From Clostridia bacterium (GTDB lineage Bacteria; Bacillota; Clostridia; Oscillospirales; CAG-272), in assembly GCA_017624905.1 (NCBI GenBank), contig JAGAMD010000012.1, positions 506 to 64,505 of the forward strand: 64,000 nt of DNA, given 5' to 3'. Shown piece after piece: positions 27,337-36,838 of the stretch (position 1 is the stretch's first letter; every line of letters starts with the position of its first letter). Position numbers and translations under genes: made by a program. The notes beneath the pieces were generated by a model. That model was not told the origin of the DNA. It ran no database searches and saw only the letters and a program-made list of their open reading frames with translations.

Positions 27337-29378
27337 TTGAAATAGCAAAAAACGCAGGTTTTTGCTTTGGAGTACGCAGAGCAACCGATAAGATTGAGGA
27401 GCTTATAAAAAACAAATCATCAAGCGATGTTATTTGTACTCTTGGCAAGCTGATTCACAACGAGCAATATATAGCTTATCTTGAAAAAAACGGTGTGGTA
27501 GAGCTTTCACAAGAAAACATAGACGAGATTATTGAAAAAGCAAGACAAGGTGCTCGTGTTACTATAGTAATTAGAACGCACGGTGCAGAAAGGGACATTC
27601 AAGCAAAGCTTGAGGAGTGTGCAAAAAGGATTGAAAATTTAACAATTGTTGACTCCACATGTCCGTATGTAAAAAAGATTCATAAAATAGCAGAGGAAAA
27701 CTCCTCGCATAATGAGATTTTCATAGTAATAGGTCAGAGGGAGCATCCCGAGGTAAAATCTATTATTAGCTATGCAAACAATGAATGCTTAGTTTTTTTA
27801 AATGAAATTGAGTTAGAAAAGTATTTAAAAGAAAAAAATAGTATGGTTAAAACTGTAAATATGGTTGCCCAAACTACTTTAAAATTAAGTATGTGGGAAA
27901 AATGTCAAAAAATTCTTAAAAAATACTGTACAAATGCAAAAATTTTTGATACAATATGTAGTGTTACCGAAACAAGACAAACAGAAGCACAGGCACTAGC
28001 AAAAAAATCGGACGTAATGTTTGTAATAGGTGGTAAGGATAGCTCCAACACCTCCAAGCTGGTTCAGGTATGTCAAAAATACTGTGAAAAAACATTTTGG
28101 ATACAAACAAGCCGTGATATTGAGTTTGACAAGGTTGAGGGAGCACAATACATAGGTATAACTGCAGGAGCATCAACCCCTGACAGTTTAATTAGGGAGG
28201 TAAAAGAAACAATGAGCGAAATTAGAGAAGAAAGCTTTGCAGAGCTTTTTGCTGAACAATGCGAAAGCGGTGCAAGAGTTAAAATATATACAGGAGCAAC
28301 AGTTAGTGGTACAGTTATGTCAATTTCCGAAAACGAAATTAGACTTGACCTCGGTACAAAGGTAACAGGTGTTATCACAAGAGACCAAATCACAGATTCA
28401 AACGATGTTAAGCTTAATGAGCTTTTCAAAATTGGAGACGTGGTTGACGCATCAGTTATCAGCGTAAGCGACAGAGATGGCATAGCTATCCTTTCAAAGA
28501 AAAAGGTTGACATAATTAAGAATTGGGACAAAATCGTTGCATACCAAGCAAGTGGTGAAACAGTTAATGCAAAAATCACATCAGCTACAAAGGGTGGATT
28601 AGTTGCAACTGTTGACGGTGTAAGAGTATTTATTCCTGCTTCAATGACCGGTGTTGCAAAGGACGGAGATATGTCCACATTAGTAGGCACAACTCAAGAG
28701 GCTAGAATTGTTGAAATTAAGGAAGGCAAGAAGGAAGCTATCGCTTCAATCAAGGCAATCCTAAGAGAAAAGCAAAAGGCAGAAAGAGCACAACAAAGAG
28801 AAGAATTTTGGGCATCAGTTGAGGAAGGCAAGGTATTCGAGGGAACAGTAAAATCAATCGTTTCCTACGGTGCATTTGTTGACCTTGGAGTTGTTGACGG
28901 ATTAGTACATATCACAGAGCTATCTTGGAAGAGACTTAAGAACCCAAGCGAGGTTGTTAGCGTTGGCGACAAGATTAAGGTATTTGTAAAGTCAGTTGAT
29001 AAGGAAAACAAAAAGATTTCTCTCGGTCACAAGACAGAGGAAGAAAATCCTTGGAATATCTTCAAGTCAAAATATAGCGAGGGTGATGTAGCAACTGTTA
29101 AGGTTGTTGGCGTAACAACATTCGGTGCATTTGCACAGGTTGTTCCGGGCGTTGATGGTCTTATCCACATCAGCCAAATCGCAGACCAAAAGATTGACTC
29201 CGTTGCAAACATGCTAAAGGTTGGCGAGGAGCTTGAGGTTAAAATCGTTGGTATCGACGAGGAAAACAAGAAGGTATCACTCTCTGCAAGAGCACTTTTA
29301 CCGGTAGCTGAGGAAGCAGTGGCTGAAGAGGTAGCAGAGGCTGTAGCTGAAGAAACTGCAGAGGCAGTAGCTGAATAA
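27333..29378 (+). CDS. ispH: Fusion of 4-hydroxy-3-methylbut-2-enyl diphosphate reductase (IspH) and ribosomal protein S1 repeats
   Basis: N-terminal IspH (GFCFGVRRA, CPYV, TICSVT cysteines) followed by four S1 motifs (GTVxxIxxxGAFVDLG-type). This fusion is known in Clostridia. C-terminal AEEAVAEEVAEAVAEETAEAVAE acidic repeat. Confidence 0.9.
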   Translation: MIEIAKNAGFCFGVRRATDKIEELIKNKSSSDVICTLGKLIHNEQYIAYLEKNGVVELSQENIDEIIEKARQGARVTIVIRTHGAERDIQAKLEECAKRIENLTIVDSTCPYVKKIHKIAEENSSHNEIFIVIGQREHPEVKSIISYANNECLVFLNEIELEKYLKEKNSMVKTVNMVAQTTLKLSMWEKCQKILKKYCTNAKIFDTICSVTETRQTEAQALAKKSDVMFVIGGKDSSNTSKLVQVCQKYCEKTFWIQTSRDIEFDKVEGAQYIGITAGASTPDSLIREVKETMSEIREESFAELFAEQCESGARVKIYTGATVSGTVMSISENEIRLDLGTKVTGVITRDQITDSNDVKLNELFKIGDVVDASVISVSDRDGIAILSKKKVDIIKNWDKIVAYQASGETVNAKITSATKGGLVATVDGVRVFIPASMTGVAKDGDMSTLVGTTQEARIVEIKEGKKEAIASIKAILREKQKAERAQQREEFWASVEEGKVFEGTVKSIVSYGAFVDLGVVDGLVHITELSWKRLKNPSEVVSVGDKIKVFVKSVDKENKKISLGHKTEEENPWNIFKSKYSEGDVATVKVVGVTTFGAFAQVVPGVDGLIHISQIADQKIDSVANMLKVGEELEVKIVGIDEENKKVSLSARALLPVAEEAVAEEVAEAVAEETAEAVAE

Positions 29379-29479
29379 TAAAAATAAAGGGAATGTTGCA
29401 ATAAGCACAGACCAAAAACAGACACTAAAGGCTAAATTCAACGTATAATATTGTTAAATTTTGCTTTAATATTAATGTT

Positions 29480-29515
29480 GAGAGCTTGCAAAGTGTTGCA
29501 AGCTCTCTTCAATTT
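29480..29515 (+). terminator. Rho-independent terminator after the ispH/rpsA fusion
   Basis: GAGAGCTTGCAA / TTGCAAGCTCTC 12-bp stem (29480-29509). Confidence 0.7.
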
Positions 29516-29609
29516 ATGTCTGTTTTTTAGGTGCGACCGCTACTCTACCGTACACCAGTACGCCGACGCGTACGCGTTCACACCTTCTGCACTCATTTCA
29601 CTATCCCCT

Positions 29610-29646
29610 AAAAAAAGGGGCGTCGCAATGCGACAGCCCTTTTTAA
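29610..29646. terminator. Bidirectional terminator hairpin
   Basis: AAAAAAAGGGGCGTCGC aat GCGAC(A)GCCCTTTTT; it serves the small minus-strand peptide gene. Confidence 0.65.
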
Positions 29647-29665
29647 AAATTAAACTATTACTGTC

Positions 29666-29776
29666 TTAGTGGCAGCAACAGCAAAGAACAATAGCTGCAA
29701 GAACTATTATCCATATAATGTCGTTATCAAAAAGATTGCAAAGACAGTTGTTCATATTATTACCGCAACACTCCAT
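29666..29776 (-). CDS. Small (36 aa) cysteine-rich membrane peptide, below the ORF-track threshold
   Basis: My own translation: MECCGNNMNNCLCNLFDNDIIWIIVLAAIVLCCCCH. AGGAAGA RBS about 6 nt upstream of ATG 29776. The gene is bracketed by terminators at 29866-29900 and 29610-29646. Confidence 0.5.
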   Translation of the reverse strand: MECCGNNMNNCLCNLFDNDIIWIIVLAAIVLCCCCH

Positions 29777-29865
29777 ATGAAGTCTTCCTTTGTATAGATT
29801 TGAGTGGCTTTGTGCCCCTCTGTTATAATACTATGAAATATGTGTAAAAAGGTTACGAATTTTGT

Positions 29866-29900
29866 CAAAAAAGAAATCCTAACCACTAAGGATTAGGATT
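29866..29900 (-). terminator. Rho-independent terminator after the 206-aa Cys-rich gene
   Basis: AATCCTAA (29875-29882) / TTAGGATT (29893-29900), followed by a T-run on the minus strand. Confidence 0.65.
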
Positions 29901-29931
29901 TATAATTAGTCTTTATTAGTTTGCTATTCTT

Positions 29932-30561
29932 TCAGTCTAGCTTTAATTCACTAGCCTTTAAGAATTCCTCGGCATCATATGTTCCACGGGCAGGGATTGC
30001 TTTAGATGCACCGCAATTTTTGCATCTAACAAGCACAGTATCCTTTAAAATGTCAGCGACATAGTCACCATGACCGTCCTCGCAACGACAATAAACCTTG
30101 CCCTCCTCACATAAATCGCTTATAACATAAGTAATCATATCGAAAATGGCGTGGTCAACATAGTCGTCCTCGTTACATTTTAAGCTATCTGCGGGTGCAT
30201 CACCTAACGCACGCATTATTTCCTCGTTAGAGTGCTCAATAGCCTTTGTAACCTCGTTTTCCTTACCGATAAAGCAAATATCAATGCCTGATAAGTTGCA
30301 AGGGATAACGAAAACATCACTGCCGAAAAATACGTTTTGCGAAACAACATAAGTATGTGGAGTAGGACAAGCAAGACAAGGCACGGTTAAGCGTATCTTA
30401 CCATCACTTGTCTTTTCTACATTTAGATGACTACCACCACAGGAGCACTTTAATTTAAAAAGATCACCGCTGAGTGAAAAAGCACCGACCATACTTGTTG
30501 GCACACCCAAACAGCTAGGGCATCTATAAGCAAGGGTTGTTTTCTTTTGGTCAAGAATCAT
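29932..30561 (-). CDS. Cysteine-rich hypothetical protein (multiple zinc-ribbon-like CxxC pairs)
   Basis: MILDQKKTTLAYRCPSCLG...KCSCGG...PCLACP...CRCEDGHG...RCKNCG. GAGGTG RBS before ATG 30561. Confidence 0.6.
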   Translation of the reverse strand: MILDQKKTTLAYRCPSCLGVPTSMVGAFSLSGDLFKLKCSCGGSHLNVEKTSDGKIRLTVPCLACPTPHTYVVSQNVFFGSDVFVIPCNLSGIDICFIGKENEVTKAIEHSNEEIMRALGDAPADSLKCNEDDYVDHAIFDMITYVISDLCEEGKVYCRCEDGHGDYVADILKDTVLVRCKNCGASKAIPARGTYDAEEFLKASELKLD

Positions 30562-30637
30562 AAAACACCTCAAAATCAAAATTATTAAAAATATTATACA
30601 ACACTAAATAAGAAATGTCAAGGAAAGGAGTGATAAA

Positions 30638-33016
30638 ATGAGATGCGTATACGATAAGGAAACAAATAATGTATACATAAACGCACACGAGCTTTGTGCC
30701 TTCGTTTATCGTGGTGGAGATATAGAGCCTCGCTATGTTAACGGAAACAAAAACGGCAGTAGCATAGTTTCCCATAAAATCCACAACACAAAGCCCAATT
30801 TGACCGATGCATACTCATTTACCACTATTTCCGACGGAATAAATATAACAGTCTATACCTACTGTGAAAATGTAAGACACGACGAAAAGGGATACACCAT
30901 TGAAAATGTGTATTCCGTGCCATACCGCTTAGACTATATTGAAAATGGTGAGCTTGAAATAGCACTGAAAAGTGCAATTATCTCAGCTTATGTCGTGCTT
31001 GAAAGACAAAAACAGCTAAGCATAAAGGCAAATGTTACCTTTTATCGTGATAGTAGCGACGAGGAAAGAGCATTTACTAAGGTGCTAACACGAGAGGAAT
31101 TAATCCCTGAGTTTGAAAAGGTAATAGAGCTTTTTACTCCATACGCAAGATTAATCAAGGAGCGTACAACTAAAACAATTCCATCCTTGGCAAATTTGCG
31201 TTTCCCGTTCAAGGATGGTGCAAGAGAAGGACAAAGAGAATTTATAGTTGAAGCATTTAGAACAATACATCAAGGAAAAAGACTAGTGGCTGAAGCTCCA
31301 ACCGGCACAGGTAAAACAATGGCATCTCTTTATCCGGCATTAAAATCAATAGGCAACGGAGAGGGAGATAAAATATTTTATTTTACAGGCAAAACAACAA
31401 CAGCACTCTCAGCACTTAATGCAATTGATATTATGCGCGACCAAATTCCTGATTTAAGGTCTATTCATATCTCCTCAAAGGACAAGTGCTGTGTCTCATT
31501 CCCTCCGAATCAAAGGCGAAAATGTGACCCACGTCATTGTCATGTAACCCGTGCATATTTTGATAAAATTAACGATGCATTACTTGAACTGCTTACAAAT
31601 TATCGCACCTACACAAAGGATATAATTGACGAGGTGAGTGCAAAATATGCAGTCTGCTCATATGAATTATCACTTGAGCTGTCAGAGTGGTGTGAGCTTG
31701 TCGTTTGCGACTATAACTACCTGTTTGATTTAAACGCATATTTAAGACGATATTTTGAGTGCCCAAGCGATGCCGGATTTATATTCCTAATTGACGAGGC
31801 ACACAACCTACCGGACAGAGCAAGAGAAATGTATTCAGCAACGCTTACTCGTTCAGCTTTTGTAAGTATAAGCAATCGCTTTTCCGGTGAAAAGGAATTA
31901 AGTGAGCCACTTGCAGATATACTTACCGACTTTGATATGTATTACGATATGGCAATGGCAGAAAAGCGAGAAATGGACGGGGAAGTGTGCGGATTTTACA
32001 TTAATTCGCATATTGATATCGACTCATTTAAGGTCTACCACAATCTAGTCCGTGGTATTAAAAAGCTATTTAATAAGGATGTAGATGATGACGAGCTGTA
32101 TCAGCTGTTTATGGATGTAAAGAAGTTTTTATCAGTTTGTGAAATCTTTGATAAACGCTTTACTATGTACATTGAAGCCTATGGCGAGGAGGTAACACTC
32201 CGACTTATGTGCCTTGACCCATCATATATGCTAAACGAAAATATGAGCAAGGGCATAAGCACCATTCTTTTCTCAGCAACCTTAACTCCACTTGAGTATT
32301 TTGCCGATGTGCTTGGATGCTCAAAGTCAACCACTCTTACGCTAAAATCACCATTTGATAAGGATAAGCTATGCTTAGTTGGTGTAAACAATGTCAGCAC
32401 AAGATACGAGGACAGAAAAAAGAGTGCGGGAACAGTTGCTAATGTAATAAGAGCGGTAATTGAGGGCAAGGCAGGAAACTATATTGTCTATTTTCCATCC
32501 TATCAATATCTTACAGATGTCAAGGAGATATTTGAGAAGAAATATCCTAAAATAAATGTAACATACCAAAAAAAGAGTATGTCAGAAAAGGCAAAAAAGG
32601 AATTTCTTGACTCATTTGATGCTAAAAAGGAAGGCACAATGGTCGGCTTTTGCGTTCTCGGTGGTAGCTTTTCCGAGGGTATTGACCTTCGTGGAGAAAG
32701 ACTAATCGGTGCAATTATTGTCGGCGTTGGACTCCCTACAATTTCAAGTGAATTAAACATAATCAAGGAGTATTACGATAACACTCGTGAAAATGGATAC
32801 TCATATACATACACCTATCCCGGAATGATAAAGGTTTTACAGGCAGGGGGAAGAGTAATTAGAAGCGAGGACGAGAAGGGCGTTGTCTTTTTGGTCGACG
32901 ACCGCTTTGCAACTCCTGAGTATCACGTGCTACTTCCTGAGCATTGGAAGCATATAAAATATATAAACAATGCAAAGGATTTAGTCAAGGAAGTTATCGA
33001 ATTTTGGAAAAAATAA
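30638..33016 (+). CDS. DinG/XPD (Rad3)-family Fe-S ATP-dependent DNA helicase with an uncharacterised ~190-aa N-terminal extension
   Basis: Walker A APTGTGKT, DEAH box (LIDEAHNL), four-Cys Fe-S cluster region (CCVSF..KCDPRHC...VCSYELS), C-terminal helicase motifs (GGSFSEGID, QAGGRVIR). Confidence 0.85.
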   Translation: MRCVYDKETNNVYINAHELCAFVYRGGDIEPRYVNGNKNGSSIVSHKIHNTKPNLTDAYSFTTISDGINITVYTYCENVRHDEKGYTIENVYSVPYRLDYIENGELEIALKSAIISAYVVLERQKQLSIKANVTFYRDSSDEERAFTKVLTREELIPEFEKVIELFTPYARLIKERTTKTIPSLANLRFPFKDGAREGQREFIVEAFRTIHQGKRLVAEAPTGTGKTMASLYPALKSIGNGEGDKIFYFTGKTTTALSALNAIDIMRDQIPDLRSIHISSKDKCCVSFPPNQRRKCDPRHCHVTRAYFDKINDALLELLTNYRTYTKDIIDEVSAKYAVCSYELSLELSEWCELVVCDYNYLFDLNAYLRRYFECPSDAGFIFLIDEAHNLPDRAREMYSATLTRSAFVSISNRFSGEKELSEPLADILTDFDMYYDMAMAEKREMDGEVCGFYINSHIDIDSFKVYHNLVRGIKKLFNKDVDDDELYQLFMDVKKFLSVCEIFDKRFTMYIEAYGEEVTLRLMCLDPSYMLNENMSKGISTILFSATLTPLEYFADVLGCSKSTTLTLKSPFDKDKLCLVGVNNVSTRYEDRKKSAGTVANVIRAVIEGKAGNYIVYFPSYQYLTDVKEIFEKKYPKINVTYQKKSMSEKAKKEFLDSFDAKKEGTMVGFCVLGGSFSEGIDLRGERLIGAIIVGVGLPTISSELNIIKEYYDNTRENGYSYTYTYPGMIKVLQAGGRVIRSEDEKGVVFLVDDRFATPEYHVLLPEHWKHIKYINNAKDLVKEVIEFWKK

Positions 33017-33025
33017 TAAAAAGTA

Positions 33026-33054
33026 TTGTAAAACTGTATTTATAGTGCTATAAT
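33026..33054 (+). promoter_or_regulatory. Sigma-A promoter of asnS
   Basis: TTGTAA, 17 nt, TGcTATAAT. Confidence 0.6.
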
Positions 33055-33096
33055 ATTAAATATTTTATATCTATTTAACAAAAAGAGGGCATAAAA

Positions 33097-34491
33097 ATGA
33101 TAAGAACAACTGTAAAAGAAATATTTCTAAACCCTGATAAATTTGCAAATCAAGAAATTACCGTTGCAGGTTGGGCAAGAACTATTCGTTCAAGTAACGC
33201 TTTTGGCTTTATTGAGCTTAACGACGGTAGCTATTTCACAAATCTGCAAGTAGTTTTCGAGGCTGAATTCCTTGATAACTATAACGAGATTGCAAAGCAA
33301 AACGTGGGTGCCTCTCTTATCGTAAATGGTACACTTGTACTAACCCCTGAGGCTAAACAGCCATTTGAAATCAAAGCAAAGAAGATAGAGGTGGAGGGTG
33401 CGTCAACTCCTGACTACCCACTGCAAAAGAAGAGACATACTCTTGAGTACCTTCGTACAATTGCACACCTTCGTCCACGCTCAAATCTATTTAGCGCAGT
33501 GTTCAGAGTACGCTCAGTTGCAGCCTTTGCAATTCATAAGTTCTTTAATGAAAGAAACTTTGTATATGTACACACACCAATCATTACAGGAAGCGACTGT
33601 GAGGGTGCCGGTGAAATGTTCCGTCTAACAACTCTTGACCTTGATAATCTACCAAGAACAGAGGACGGCAAAATCGACTTTACAAAGGACTTCTTTGGCA
33701 AGAGCGTAAACCTAACAGTTTCAGGTCAATTAAGTGCAGAAACATATGCTATGGCTTTTGCAAATGTATATACCTTTGGCCCAACCTTCCGTGCTGAACG
33801 CTCAAATACAGCTCGTCACGCAGCAGAGTTTTGGATGATGGAGCCGGAAATTGCATTTGCCGACCTAAAGGACGATATGCGTCTTGCTGAGGATATGATT
33901 AAGTATGTTGTTAAGTATGTAATGCAAGAGTGCAAGGCAGAGCTTGAATTCTTTAATAAATTTGTTGATACAACCTTGCTCGACCGTCTTAACAACCTCG
34001 TATCAAACGACTTTGGCCATGTAACATATACAGAGGCTATCGAAATTCTTGAAAAGAGCGGTAAGAATTTTGAATATCCGGTTAAATGGGGCATCGACCT
34101 TCAAACCGAGCACGAAAGATATATTACAGAAGAGGTATTTGGTAAGCCTGTATTCGTTACCGACTACCCGGCTGATATTAAGGCATTCTATATGCGTCTA
34201 AACGACGATGGCAAGACTGTTGCCGCAATGGATATGCTCGTTCCGGGTGTTGGAGAGCTTATCGGTGGCTCACAAAGAGAAGAGCGTCTTGACCACTTGC
34301 TCAAGGCAATGGAAAAATTCAACCTCAACGAGGAAGACTATTGGTGGTACCTCGAGCTTCGTAAGTACGGTGGCACAAAGCACGCAGGCTTTGGTCTCGG
34401 CTTTGAAAGACTTATTATGTATATCACAGGCGTAGCAAACATTAGAGATGTTGAGTCTTATCCACGTACAACTGGCTCTGCCGAGTTTTAG
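33097..34491 (+). CDS. asnS: Asparagine--tRNA ligase
   Basis: 464 aa. N-terminal OB fold ([11 protein letters not shown]...FIELNDGS), class II motifs ([17 protein letters not shown]). Confidence 0.9.
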   Translation: MIRTTVKEIFLNPDKFANQEITVAGWARTIRSSNAFGFIELNDGSYFTNLQVVFEAEFLDNYNEIAKQNVGASLIVNGTLVLTPEAKQPFEIKAKKIEVEGASTPDYPLQKKRHTLEYLRTIAHLRPRSNLFSAVFRVRSVAAFAIHKFFNERNFVYVHTPIITGSDCEGAGEMFRLTTLDLDNLPRTEDGKIDFTKDFFGKSVNLTVSGQLSAETYAMAFANVYTFGPTFRAERSNTARHAAEFWMMEPEIAFADLKDDMRLAEDMIKYVVKYVMQECKAELEFFNKFVDTTLLDRLNNLVSNDFGHVTYTEAIEILEKSGKNFEYPVKWGIDLQTEHERYITEEVFGKPVFVTDYPADIKAFYMRLNDDGKTVAAMDMLVPGVGELIGGSQREERLDHLLKAMEKFNLNEEDYWWYLELRKYGGTKHAGFGLGFERLIMYITGVANIRDVESYPRTTGSAEF

Positions 34492-34594
34492 TTGGTTCTG
34501 AATCCCCAAAATGAAGAACAGTGTGGCACGCCTTGTTAACTTGTTCCTTCAGTCCCAAAATGCTAACACAGCTTGGTTCTAAAATTCCAAGGTG
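34492..34594 (+). repeat. Three degenerate ~22-nt direct repeats in the asnS/aminotransferase intergenic region
   Basis: TTGGTTCTGAATCCCCAAAATG (34492-), TTGTTCCTTCAGTCCCAAAATG (34541-), TTGGTTCTAAAATTCCAAGGTG (34573-). Confidence 0.5.
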
Positions 34595-34638
34595 TAGTCA
34601 TACTAAATTGAACAATCCCTTTATCGAAAGGAATAAAT

Positions 34639-35928
34639 ATGAAAAAATATAGCGAACTCACAAAAGAAGAGCTACTAGCACTCAAAAAGGAGCTAGAGGC
34701 TAAATATAAGGAATATCAAGCAAAGGATTTAAAGCTCAATATGGCAAGAGGAAAGCCTTGCGTTGAGCAACTAAACCTATCAATGGGCATGATGGATGTC
34801 CTAAATGGCGACAGCGACTTAACCTGTGATGATGGTACAGACTGCCGTAACTATGGTGTGCTTGATGGTATCAAGGAGGCTCAAGAGCTTCTTGCTGATA
34901 TGATGGAGGTTCCATCTGACCAAATTATCATTTATGGTAACTCAAGCCTAAATGTAATGTACGATACAATTGCTCGTTCAATGACACACGGCGTTATGGG
35001 CTCCACCCCTTGGGCAAAGCTTGATAAGGTTAAATTCCTATGTCCTGTTCCGGGCTACGATAGACACTTTAGAATTACTGAGTACTTCGGTATTGAAATG
35101 ATTAATGTTCCAATGACAAAGGACGGACCGGATATGGATATGGTTGAACAGCTTGTTGCAAGTGATGACTCAATCAAGGGCATTTGGTGTGTTCCAAAGT
35201 ATTCAAATCCACAAGGATATTCATATTCCGACCTTACAGTTCGTCGCTTTGCAAGATTAAAGCCGGCTGCTAAGGACTTTAGAATTTATTGGGACAACGC
35301 ATATACAATCCATCATCTATATGATGACAAGCAAGACAACCTAGTCGAGATTTTGGCAGAATGTAAAAGAGCAGGTAACCCTGACCTCGTTTACAAGTTT
35401 GCATCAACTTCAAAGATTAGCTTCCCGGGCTCAGGTATTGCAGCTCTTGCATCATCCCACAACAACCTTGACGATATAAAGGCTCAATTGACAGTTCAAA
35501 CAATCGGCCACGATAAGGTAAATCAGCTTCGCCATGTAAGATTCTTTAAGGATATCCACGGTATGGTAGAGCATATGAGACTACATGCTGACATTCTTCG
35601 TCCTAAGTTTGAGGCAGTTATTGAAATCTTAAAGAGAGAGCTTGATGGTCTTGGCATCGGCACATGGACAGAGCCAAAGGGCGGTTACTTTATCTCCTTT
35701 GATTCACTTGACGGATGTGCAAAGGATATCGTAGCTAAGTGCAAAAAAGCAGGTGTTGAAATGACAGGCGCAGGTGCAACCTACCCATATGGCAAGGACC
35801 CACACGATTCAAATATCAGAATCGCACCATCCTATCCACCACTTGCCGACCTTATCTTAGCAACAGAGCTATTTACTCTTTGTGTAAAGCTTTCAAGCGT
35901 TAATAAATACCTTAACGAAATGAAATAA
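34639..35928 (+). CDS. PLP-dependent aminotransferase (class I/II fold)
   Basis: 429 aa. Probable PLP-lysine context STSKISFPGSG. The overall pattern matches aspartate-aminotransferase-superfamily proteins. Confidence 0.7.
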   Translation: MKKYSELTKEELLALKKELEAKYKEYQAKDLKLNMARGKPCVEQLNLSMGMMDVLNGDSDLTCDDGTDCRNYGVLDGIKEAQELLADMMEVPSDQIIIYGNSSLNVMYDTIARSMTHGVMGSTPWAKLDKVKFLCPVPGYDRHFRITEYFGIEMINVPMTKDGPDMDMVEQLVASDDSIKGIWCVPKYSNPQGYSYSDLTVRRFARLKPAAKDFRIYWDNAYTIHHLYDDKQDNLVEILAECKRAGNPDLVYKFASTSKISFPGSGIAALASSHNNLDDIKAQLTVQTIGHDKVNQLRHVRFFKDIHGMVEHMRLHADILRPKFEAVIEILKRELDGLGIGTWTEPKGGYFISFDSLDGCAKDIVAKCKKAGVEMTGAGATYPYGKDPHDSNIRIAPSYPPLADLILATELFTLCVKLSSVNKYLNEMK

Positions 35929-35929
35929 T

Positions 35930-35961
35930 TAAAAAGCCATCGCAAAAGCGATGGCTTTTTA
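35930..35961. terminator. Bidirectional rho-independent terminator
   Basis: GCCATCGC aaaa GCGATGGC between an A-run and a T-run. Confidence 0.85.
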
Positions 35962-35965
35962 TAGT

Positions 35966-36838
35966 TTATACTAAAGCAGTCTTGTTTAAAACAGTATTTG
36001 AAATTGCACCAATACCAAGACTTGCAAGGATTGATGCACCAAGACAGAGCACAGGATTAATAAATGTGCCGTCAAGTGGTGTAATCATTGGTATCATCAT
36101 AAATAGTAGCATACTAATTCCGCAAGAGATTAGAATTGATAGCCATACTCTTTGCTTTGCAATTACACTGGCAAGGACATAAATTGGCACAAACACACCA
36201 ACTAATAATACCTTTGCAAGTAAGCAGAACACAATAGAGCCAACAGAAATAGTGCTTGAGCCAACAACCGAAAGGTCAAAAGGAATACTCATAATGGTTG
36301 CGCCAATTACTGAGCCTATAAAGAAGCAAACAATCATTAAAGCGCCACCTACAACACCAACTAGAGTTTTAGAAATTACATAATCGACCTTACTTGCTCG
36401 TACTGTAAATAGATTTTTAGAATAACCACTTCTAAAGTCAGCACCAACAAAGAGGCAAACAATTATAGCCACAGCAAAGTAGAGCATATTTATATTAACC
36501 ATAGAGGTTATATCCATGCCACCGCCCATAGGATTTTCTCCCTCGGTGCTTTCTTTCTCGCCTTCGTCGCTTGGCTCTTCTTTAGGATTGCTTATAGAGC
36601 CGATAATTTGCCAAGCGTGGTCAAACTTTGATTCTGTTATTGTTTCTTCACCTGTTTGTGGATCAGTTGTAACCGAGCCGTCCATCATTGTTGTCATAAC
36701 AAAGATAAGAATAGGAGAAACCAAGCAAATACCAAGCACTATATAGATAAGTGGCATAGTAAACATTCTTCTAAAATCCACATGTAGCATGGTTTTAAGT
36801 CTTTTTCCAAATGTGTTCTTTTCAAAAGTCTTTTCCAT
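35966..36838 (-). CDS. ABC-2-type transporter permease (pair 1)
   Basis: 290 aa, about 6 predicted TM stretches, large acidic extracytoplasmic loop. ATGA-type junction with the upstream ATPase. Confidence 0.7.
   Translation of the reverse strand: MEKTFEKNTFGKRLKTMLHVDFRRMFTMPLIYIVLGICLVSPILIFVMTTMMDGSVTTDPQTGEETITESKFDHAWQIIGSISNPKEEPSDEGEKESTEGENPMGGGMDITSMVNINMLYFAVAIIVCLFVGADFRSGYSKNLFTVRASKVDYVISKTLVGVVGGALMIVCFFIGSVIGATIMSIPFDLSVVGSSTISVGSIVFCLLAKVLLVGVFVPIYVLASVIAKQRVWLSILISCGISMLLFMMIPMITPLDGTFINPVLCLGASILASLGIGAISNTVLNKTALV

Noticed and set aside
28073-28690. 205-aa minus-strand ORF antisense to the ispH/rpsA fusion
   Set aside because: Shadow ORF opposite a strongly supported gene; low-complexity Ser/Thr/Pro-rich translation.
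29531-29565. tRNA-like fragment (CTCTACC resembles the complement of a D-arm TGGTAGAG)
   Set aside because: I could not fold a cloverleaf. There are no matching D, anticodon or T stems and no acceptor pairing.
33017-33096. Possible T-box leader upstream of asnS
   Set aside because: Only 80 nt are available, and they are fully accounted for by a promoter and RBS. There is no specifier or antiterminator structure.
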